In this document: piece after piece, positions 56,966-64,000 of the stretch | Position numbering within the stretch: the stretch's first letter is position 1 | Layout: each line of letters begins with the position of its first letter | From: TPA_inf: Saccharomyces | Taxonomy: Eukaryota | Direction: 5' to 3' | DNA length: 64,000 nt | NCBI GenBank assembly: GCA_000146045.2 | Contig: BK006946.2 | Location: forward strand, 800,001-864,000 | Notes under the pieces: model-generated | Told to the model about the DNA's origin: nothing | Seen by the model: only the letters and a program-made list of their open reading frames with translations | Databases searched by the model: none | Program-made: the position numbers and the translations under genes

Positions 56966-58087
56966 ATGAACGTCATAGATTTAAGTGATCCTGCCATCAA
57001 TGTGGATTATGATAGCTTGATTGGCATTGACAATGAGGAATCTCAAGAAATTTTTGAAAATGAAGTGAAGGAAGATGGACAACAAGAAGAGCAGGAAGAA
57101 GCATCTTCAAGAAAAGATGGGCTCATCGTTGAACCAGGGAGAGATGTTGAGAGTTTGAGAAGGGCTATTCGAGATCAGTTGCTTTTCAAGATACATAGAC
57201 AAAACCAATCAGACTGTGCAGATGCGAGAAAGTTGAGTAACGATGAAGAAGATGAAAGTCGGCAACAGAAATTAGAAAGAATAAGAGAAGAATTGGAGGA
57301 GTTGAAAATAGAAAATTTAACATCTGAAATGCAAACTGAAATCAAGGAATTGTGCGAAATTCAATCAAAATTGGCGACGGAATCATCTAGTAGATTGACA
57401 AATTTGAGGAAGAAGCTTCTCGAAACATATGAAGGCCAAGATACCGTCATATTGCCAAACATAATTCTTGATACGAGTAATATCAAAAGATTGCAAAAGT
57501 TAGATCAGAAAATATCCCTAATGGAACGTTTTGTTGGCATACCAGAAGCTTTGGAGGCAGAAGAAGATAGGAAATCGGTTCATAGTAAAGTCAATGAACT
57601 ATATAGAAGTATTCAACTTTTACAAGGCGATGATAAGGCGGAAGGAAAGCTGCAAAAGTTCCGGGATAGACTCGTAGAACTGAACGAGGAATTTGAAAAC
57701 TCATTGTTAGGCAAGAAAATACAACAGGACTTGAGGTTGAAAGATGACACCGTGAGCAAGCTTGTTATGCCCGAAAACAAAGTAAAGGAGATAAATAGTA
57801 TGTATTCCATGTTCAAGCAATATCAAGATTCACTACCACTGTTGGCGGAGAGGATGAAAAGTCTCAATAAAATGAACAACAGGGTGATCGAGGTGTACGA
57901 AACCACGAAAGGGCTGGATTCACAAATAACCAGCATCCAAGAACAAGGAAAAGTTTGGCTAAAGGCTTTAAATGAGCTGGATAAAAAATTCGATGAACAA
58001 GAGGTTAAAATTCGCGAAAATATGGAGCAGATCAGGCGTAAAATTGATACCCTCGAAGACGAAGCTCTACAGAGAAATAGCAAATAA
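56966..58087 (+). CDS. JNM1: Dynactin p50/dynamitin-like subunit (nuclear migration)
   Basis: Coiled-coil-rich protein. The ORF track begins at 56822 (421 aa) and overlaps HER2. Met49 (56966) gives 373 aa, matching YMR294W. Confidence 0.8.
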   Translation: MNVIDLSDPAINVDYDSLIGIDNEESQEIFENEVKEDGQQEEQEEASSRKDGLIVEPGRDVESLRRAIRDQLLFKIHRQNQSDCADARKLSNDEEDESRQQKLERIREELEELKIENLTSEMQTEIKELCEIQSKLATESSSRLTNLRKKLLETYEGQDTVILPNIILDTSNIKRLQKLDQKISLMERFVGIPEALEAEEDRKSVHSKVNELYRSIQLLQGDDKAEGKLQKFRDRLVELNEEFENSLLGKKIQQDLRLKDDTVSKLVMPENKVKEINSMYSMFKQYQDSLPLLAERMKSLNKMNNRVIEVYETTKGLDSQITSIQEQGKVWLKALNELDKKFDEQEVKIRENMEQIRRKIDTLEDEALQRNSK

Positions 58088-58296
58088 AAGGCGGAGAAAT
58101 AATTTTATAAACCAATTTAATTTCATTCTTCATTTTTTCGTCTCCATATGACAAAAAAATTGAAAATATGTGTGTGTATGTATATATAATAATAGTAATA
58201 ATAACAATATGAAATATGAAATATCCAAAATAAGAGCGGAAAACAGAAATTATCATAAAAAAGAAAAAAATAAAGTCTCTAAAGGGTATCAAGCGC

Positions 58297-58890
58297 TTAT
58301 TTCTTCTTCATTCTACCAAACAATCCCTTCTTCTTCTTCTTTTGCTTTTCCTCAGTCTGTACGTGTTGTTGTGGCTGATACACTGCTTGTTCACCATACA
58401 TTTGACTGGAAGCACCACCCACTTGCTGTGGCATACCGTTCGCATCGTAAGTCACAGCAGCACCAAACACAGGGAAATCAGGTCTTACGCGGAACCCGTA
58501 AGTTGGAGTCTCCAACTGTTGGGCCCAGACCGGGTCTCCGGAGACAGCATACTCGAAACTTCTTATAGTGTCCAAAGGTCTTTCGTCTCTTGCCCTAGTT
58601 GGATTCGATATATCTGCCTGTGTGATGGGTTGACCGAAAACATCACACAGAACATGACCTTCTTCGTTGGAAAAATAAGATTGTCTGTTCATGTTGTCGT
58701 GGAAGGTATCAGCAGCTTGTTCAAAAGGTTGGGCTTCCTGCACAGCGTCTAGAATAGGATCAGCAACGGAAGCAGTACGCATCTTCAATCTTGCCTTGTC
58801 ATCTTCAGAAATCTTGACATCTGAGGCACGGTTCGCTCCGTCATGATCACTCGTGTTACTGATACTGGATTTCTTTCTAAAATGCATCAT
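58297..58890 (-). CDS. Protein of unknown function (ribosome- or cell-periphery-associated); paralogue of YGR273C
   Basis: 197 aa. Matches YMR295C by length and position. No recognisable domain. Confidence 0.7.
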   Translation of the reverse strand: MMHFRKKSSISNTSDHDGANRASDVKISEDDKARLKMRTASVADPILDAVQEAQPFEQAADTFHDNMNRQSYFSNEEGHVLCDVFGQPITQADISNPTRARDERPLDTIRSFEYAVSGDPVWAQQLETPTYGFRVRPDFPVFGAAVTYDANGMPQQVGGASSQMYGEQAVYQPQQHVQTEEKQKKKKKGLFGRMKKK

Positions 58891-59214
58891 ATTGCCTTGG
58901 TGTGCTGTTTTAACCTTGTTTGATGTTTGCTGTGTCTCTTGTGTTAGTTCTCTGCCTAGTGAAACCGAAAATGCTCAAGAAAGCGTACCACGAAAGTACT
59001 CCTTTCTTTTCTATTAATAAATAAACAAATAAATAATACAGGTTGCTTTGCCTCGATGGTAAAAGGAAAGAAAATTTCGGATCCGAAAATTTTTAGCGCA
59101 TTCTCTGGGCGCCGTGCACCACGTCAATTTGACAGAGATGATGTTACGATTATTTGTATTATTGTATAAATATTTATATATATATGTGCGTGTGCATATA
59201 CTGGCTTTCTATTT

Positions 59215-60891
59215 TTATTTATTAGATTCTTGGCAACAGGCAAGGATGGACTGCTTGACACTTTCGCAAGCATTTTTGAGTTCCTCTGGGGACATGGCGG
59301 CGTTACAGCAGATTTTCAAGCTAGGGACAATTGGTAGCGTCTCCTGTTTTAAAACAATAGTGTTTCTTGTGATGAGAACGTTGTAGTTAATAAGAGCATG
59401 ATCTACTATGGACTGCAGAAATTTTTCCTCCTCTTCGTATGGCTCAATGAATTTGTTTGTCTGGGACTTCTTTTGCAAAGCTGACATGGTTTCGAATAGC
59501 TGTTCGCAGGTGTATCCGAACTTGCGAGACCTATATGCGGGAGTCAGTTGCAGATGTAGGACAGCAGACACTGGAGAGGACGTGACGATTACGTATGAAC
59601 GCAAGGAGTCGTCAGATGCAAAGGAATCATGCAAAGATTTGGATAGTTTTTGCAGCGTCTGGACGGCGTCGTTGTTGGAGTCCATCAATTTCAAGACTTT
59701 GGAGACGGATGTGACGGTGTAAGCCGGCAAACAGGCAGAAAAACAATATGCATTGGAACCAATACGCTGGTGCAAACACATAACACTGTCACCCAGGACA
59801 AAACCACCGGTGGACCCCAACGCGGTGGCCATGGACCCAACGGTAATGTCAATGGCAGTTGCGCGATCCATGTTGAAGTGCTCTGACAACCCACGGCCCG
59901 TAGCGCCAAGAACACCAATGGAGAAGGTTTCGTCAACAAATAGTCTGAACTTGTACTTGTTCTTCAGCTTAGTCAACTCAGGCAACGGAGCTAAATCGCC
60001 CGAGTTGTGGAAAATACCCTCAGTGACGATAAATTTTCTTGGAATGGCGGGCAGTTTCTCAAGTTTCTCCTGTTCGGTCAACTCGTTTAATAAACATTCT
60101 AGCGAATTCATATCGTTGTGGTTGAAGTAGTAGACTGTGGATCTGCTTAGTTGCAGAGCATTTTGCACTGGTAATGACACCTGGTCGTCTGCCACGATAA
60201 CATCACCACGCTTTGTGAAAGCAGGCAGAACAGAGGGTGCGGCACAAAAGTCTTGCCCGTACAGAACGGAACCTTGGGTGCCAAAGAACTGTGCTAAATC
60301 ATATTCCAACGTGTAATGAACGTCCTGGTTACCGTAGAACCCGGCGGGACCACAGGCGCCCACACCGTAATTCTTGATAGTGGTCTTGACCACTTCTTTC
60401 ACGGGCTCCGTAGCGGACAATTGCAAAAAGTTGTTCGAGGCCAAATTGAAAACATTGGTATACTTCTCCTGCAGGTTGTTTCTGGTGATAGTAATATGGT
60501 TCTGAATGGGCATTTCCATGGTGACGGGTGTTTTGGCCACCCTCCACGATTGCTCATCGGTGGCAGAAGGGTCGACTAGAGGCTCGGGCTCCCAGTCCTC
60601 AATTAGCGCGTCAATCTCCTGGGGCGATAGGTTGGGCTTCTGTGCTTGAAGACTCTTTTTCTGTTGTGGCTTGGACAAGTAATAGATGATCCCGTATAAA
60701 ATAAGCCCTATCTCAACCGTGGTCCTGTATGGATCGTCATGATGCGATTTCTTGATGTACGAAACGATGAATTGGCCTCCCGGGATTTGAGTCAACACCA
60801 GATTGAAGTAGTACCATAGGTACGATGAGGTGGTAACAATAAATGCCGGAATCGGTATTGATTTGGGTAAAACCTCTGGGATGTGTGCCAT
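59215..60891 (-). CDS. LCB1: Serine palmitoyltransferase subunit 1 (class II PLP-dependent aminotransferase fold, non-catalytic subunit)
   Basis: 558 aa. N-terminal TM region and an aminotransferase class I/II fold. Matches YMR296C. Confidence 0.9.
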   Translation of the reverse strand: MAHIPEVLPKSIPIPAFIVTTSSYLWYYFNLVLTQIPGGQFIVSYIKKSHHDDPYRTTVEIGLILYGIIYYLSKPQQKKSLQAQKPNLSPQEIDALIEDWEPEPLVDPSATDEQSWRVAKTPVTMEMPIQNHITITRNNLQEKYTNVFNLASNNFLQLSATEPVKEVVKTTIKNYGVGACGPAGFYGNQDVHYTLEYDLAQFFGTQGSVLYGQDFCAAPSVLPAFTKRGDVIVADDQVSLPVQNALQLSRSTVYYFNHNDMNSLECLLNELTEQEKLEKLPAIPRKFIVTEGIFHNSGDLAPLPELTKLKNKYKFRLFVDETFSIGVLGATGRGLSEHFNMDRATAIDITVGSMATALGSTGGFVLGDSVMCLHQRIGSNAYCFSACLPAYTVTSVSKVLKLMDSNNDAVQTLQKLSKSLHDSFASDDSLRSYVIVTSSPVSAVLHLQLTPAYRSRKFGYTCEQLFETMSALQKKSQTNKFIEPYEEEEKFLQSIVDHALINYNVLITRNTIVLKQETLPIVPSLKICCNAAMSPEELKNACESVKQSILACCQESNK

Positions 60892-61921
60892 TGCTTTTTT
60901 TTTTTGGGTGGGAAGGAAGAAAAAAGGATAAATAACCCTACACGAGCAAAATGTGTATATTGGAGGCCAGGCAGAAGGTTAGAGCGCTCTTATACTGTGC
61001 TACTCGATGATGTTGAAAAGAATTTTTTTTATTTTTCCTTTTCTTTTTCTTAAGTACTATATTTTCTCAATCTTACTTTCGTTCACTACAGTTAACCGCA
61101 GCAATATGCCCCTATAAAAAAGAATGAGTGAAAAATTTGTTAGCAGAGAAGCAAGAAGGAAAGAAGGAAAAAAAAAAGAAACCGTGTAAGAAATCATGGC
61201 GCCTCAAAAAAAAAAAAATACGCGAAATCGATTTCCGTATATGATGATACATATGTTAGGTCTCTTATGGTAGTTTTTAGGGTCTGTCCTGTTTTTTGAA
61301 GGCATTGGTTAGGGTCTAGTAAGTAACTCGTATAAAGAGATGTACTTTTATACGGTATGTGTGGCGGTTATTTCCAGTGTTTTTTTTCCCTTATTTTGTG
61401 GGTTCATGGAAATAGTACATATTGACCTTCTGCACAAGAAGCCATATTGACAGAGCAGTATGTGAGGACCTTTCTTCTACACAATGTAACAGTCAATGGT
61501 TGTAGTCAATACCACGACCTTTACGTGCAGTTTTAGAGCGAAACTTCGGTTTTTTGAGACTTACCTCGTGTTTGTGTCTCCCTGGGAATGGAGCCGCGCC
61601 ACCCTTGTCTATTATGTATAGTCTTATTTAATCATAGCGATGTTGGTCATCCAGTACACTTCGGTAGCAACCTTCGTTTGTGATTGTCTTGGTAATTGCT
61701 TCCAACAACTTTATCCATCATTGAGACAGGGGCCATATCACCCGCGGGGTCTCAAAGAAGGGGCCCACTAATAAAAGCACGAGATAAGAATGCCAGCAAA
61801 AAAGCTCCGAAATAATTCTTTTCGTCTTCCCTCCTAGTCTTAACAAGACAAGAGAGAGAGAGAGAAAGAATACTCACTAGAGATTGTTTCTTTTCTACTC
61901 AACTTAAAGTATACATACGCT

Positions 61922-63520
61922 ATGAAAGCATTCACCAGTTTACTATGTGGACTAGGCCTGTCCACTACACTCGCTAAGGCCATCTCATTGCAAAGACCGT
62001 TGGGTCTAGATAAGGACGTTTTGCTGCAAGCTGCGGAAAAATTTGGTTTGGACCTCGACCTGGATCATCTCTTGAAGGAGTTGGACTCCAATGTATTGGA
62101 CGCTTGGGCCCAAATAGAGCATTTGTACCCAAACCAGGTTATGAGCCTTGAAACTTCCACTAAGCCAAAATTCCCTGAAGCAATCAAAACGAAGAAAGAC
62201 TGGGACTTTGTGGTCAAGAATGACGCAATTGAAAACTATCAGCTTCGTGTCAACAAGATTAAGGACCCTAAAATCCTGGGCATTGACCCAAATGTCACAC
62301 AGTACACGGGTTACTTGGATGTGGAAGACGAGGACAAGCATTTCTTCTTTTGGACTTTTGAAAGTAGAAACGATCCTGCAAAGGATCCGGTCATCCTTTG
62401 GTTGAACGGGGGTCCAGGTTGTTCTTCACTAACCGGGCTGTTCTTTGAATTAGGACCCTCATCCATTGGACCTGATTTGAAACCCATCGGGAACCCTTAC
62501 TCTTGGAACAGCAATGCCACCGTGATCTTCCTTGACCAGCCTGTCAACGTTGGGTTCTCGTATTCCGGGTCCTCAGGTGTTTCCAACACTGTCGCCGCTG
62601 GTAAGGATGTCTATAACTTCTTGGAGTTGTTCTTCGATCAGTTCCCTGAATACGTCAACAAGGGCCAAGATTTCCACATCGCTGGGGAATCCTACGCCGG
62701 CCATTACATCCCTGTTTTTGCCTCTGAAATTTTGTCTCACAAGGACAGAAACTTCAACTTAACCTCCGTCTTGATCGGAAATGGCCTCACTGACCCATTG
62801 ACTCAGTATAACTATTACGAACCAATGGCCTGTGGTGAAGGTGGCGAACCATCTGTTTTGCCCTCGGAGGAATGCTCTGCTATGGAAGACTCTTTGGAAC
62901 GTTGTTTGGGCTTGATCGAGTCGTGCTATGACTCGCAATCCGTCTGGTCCTGTGTTCCAGCTACCATTTATTGTAATAACGCCCAATTGGCTCCTTACCA
63001 ACGTACCGGCAGAAACGTTTACGATATCAGGAAGGATTGTGAAGGTGGCAATTTGTGCTACCCAACGTTACAAGATATCGACGACTACTTAAACCAGGAC
63101 TACGTCAAAGAAGCTGTCGGTGCGGAGGTTGACCACTACGAATCCTGTAACTTCGATATCAACAGAAATTTCCTGTTTGCGGGTGATTGGATGAAGCCTT
63201 ACCACACCGCCGTAACAGATCTTTTGAATCAAGACCTACCCATTCTGGTATATGCAGGCGATAAAGATTTCATCTGTAACTGGTTGGGTAATAAGGCGTG
63301 GACGGATGTCTTGCCATGGAAGTACGACGAAGAATTTGCAAGCCAAAAAGTACGTAACTGGACTGCTTCTATCACCGACGAGGTCGCTGGTGAAGTCAAA
63401 TCCTACAAGCACTTCACCTATTTGAGAGTCTTCAATGGTGGCCACATGGTTCCATTTGACGTCCCTGAAAACGCCTTAAGTATGGTTAACGAATGGATCC
63501 ACGGTGGTTTCTCCTTATAA
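61922..63520 (+). CDS. PRC1: Vacuolar carboxypeptidase Y (serine carboxypeptidase S10) prepro-enzyme
   Basis: 532 aa. Signal peptide, pro-region, catalytic [10 protein letters not shown] serine motif and C-terminal His motif (…NGGHMVPFD…). Matches YMR297W. Confidence 0.95.
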   Translation: MKAFTSLLCGLGLSTTLAKAISLQRPLGLDKDVLLQAAEKFGLDLDLDHLLKELDSNVLDAWAQIEHLYPNQVMSLETSTKPKFPEAIKTKKDWDFVVKNDAIENYQLRVNKIKDPKILGIDPNVTQYTGYLDVEDEDKHFFFWTFESRNDPAKDPVILWLNGGPGCSSLTGLFFELGPSSIGPDLKPIGNPYSWNSNATVIFLDQPVNVGFSYSGSSGVSNTVAAGKDVYNFLELFFDQFPEYVNKGQDFHIAGESYAGHYIPVFASEILSHKDRNFNLTSVLIGNGLTDPLTQYNYYEPMACGEGGEPSVLPSEECSAMEDSLERCLGLIESCYDSQSVWSCVPATIYCNNAQLAPYQRTGRNVYDIRKDCEGGNLCYPTLQDIDDYLNQDYVKEAVGAEVDHYESCNFDINRNFLFAGDWMKPYHTAVTDLLNQDLPILVYAGDKDFICNWLGNKAWTDVLPWKYDEEFASQKVRNWTASITDEVAGEVKSYKHFTYLRVFNGGHMVPFDVPENALSMVNEWIHGGFSL

Positions 63521-63818
63521 AGCGTGTATGTGTAGGCATACCGTTTTTATTATCAGCTACGATCGAAATATATACGTTTTTATCTATGTTACGTTATATA
63601 TTGTAGTCTTAACCATTTGTAAGTTTTGCTTCTTTTCTTTTATTCATTTCATAACATCATACTGTTTTACGTAATACCATCCTTAACTTTTTCCACCGAA
63701 GGGGAGGAAGAACTAAATTCTAGAAAAATGAAACCATTAAAAAAAAAGAAAACAATAGAGCTGCTTCTACAATTTTGCACATCAAAAAAGACCTCCAACT
63801 ACCGAGTTTGTAAGTACA

Positions 63819-64000
63819 ATGTCTCAACCCACTCCCATCATAACTACAAAATCAGCTGCTAAGCCAAAACCAAAAATTTTTAATTTATTCCGCGTTTGCT
63901 TCATTTCATTATTGCTGATCGCTGCGGTTGAATACTTCAAGTATGGTACAAGAATTAACTATGAATGGTTCCATTGTACCCCAATCAAAGAACCCCAGTC
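63819..64000 (+). CDS. LIP1: Ceramide synthase regulatory subunit; 5' part only, continues beyond the window
   Basis: MSQPTPIITTKSAAKPKPKIFNLFRVCFISLLLIAAVEYF… is a single TM protein. Position after PRC1 corresponds to YMR298W. Confidence 0.75.
   Translation, partial: MSQPTPIITTKSAAKPKPKIFNLFRVCFISLLLIAAVEYFKYGTRINYEWFHCTPIKEPQ

Noticed and set aside
61851-61864. (AG)7 microsatellite upstream of PRC1
   Set aside because: Short, common dinucleotide repeat in a promoter region with no evident function. Noted only as a possible polymorphic marker.

Overview
This window is a gene-dense stretch of Saccharomyces cerevisiae nuclear DNA, not a prokaryotic accessory region. It matches the right arm of chromosome XIII, running collinearly from RSN1 (YMR266W, 3' part) to LIP1 (YMR298W, 5' part). 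I recognise the proteins from memory; 24 of the 28 complete ORFs match the remembered S288C protein lengths exactly, and the other four are within 1-2 residues or explained by an upstream in-frame ATG.

Features called:
- About 31 protein-coding genes on both strands (30 named below plus the split GOT1).
- One gene with a spliceosomal intron, GOT1.
- Two RNA polymerase III tRNA genes: the unique tRNA-Gln(CUG) and an intron-containing tRNA-Tyr(GUA).
- Ty retrotransposon solo LTRs in the 5' flank of each tRNA gene. One is a 370-bp element with TGTTG...CAACA termini and a perfect 5-bp target-site duplication.
- Ribosome-biogenesis promoter motifs (PAC and RRPE) upstream of HAS1 and TMA23.
- A long poly(dT) tract between FCP1 and PGM3.
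- Coding microsatellites and minisatellites in ZDS1 and TMA23.

I see no CRISPR array, operon, toxin-antitoxin pair, phage or defence-island architecture, and none is expected in a yeast chromosome. On the hunt question, the honest answer is that I find no sign of an undescribed system. What merits a second look is the tRNA-associated LTR insertion hotspot, several start-codon and intron discrepancies with the ORF track, the regulatory motifs and the length-polymorphism-prone repeats. All identifications rest on my reading of the sequence and should be confirmed by BLAST against the S288C reference.
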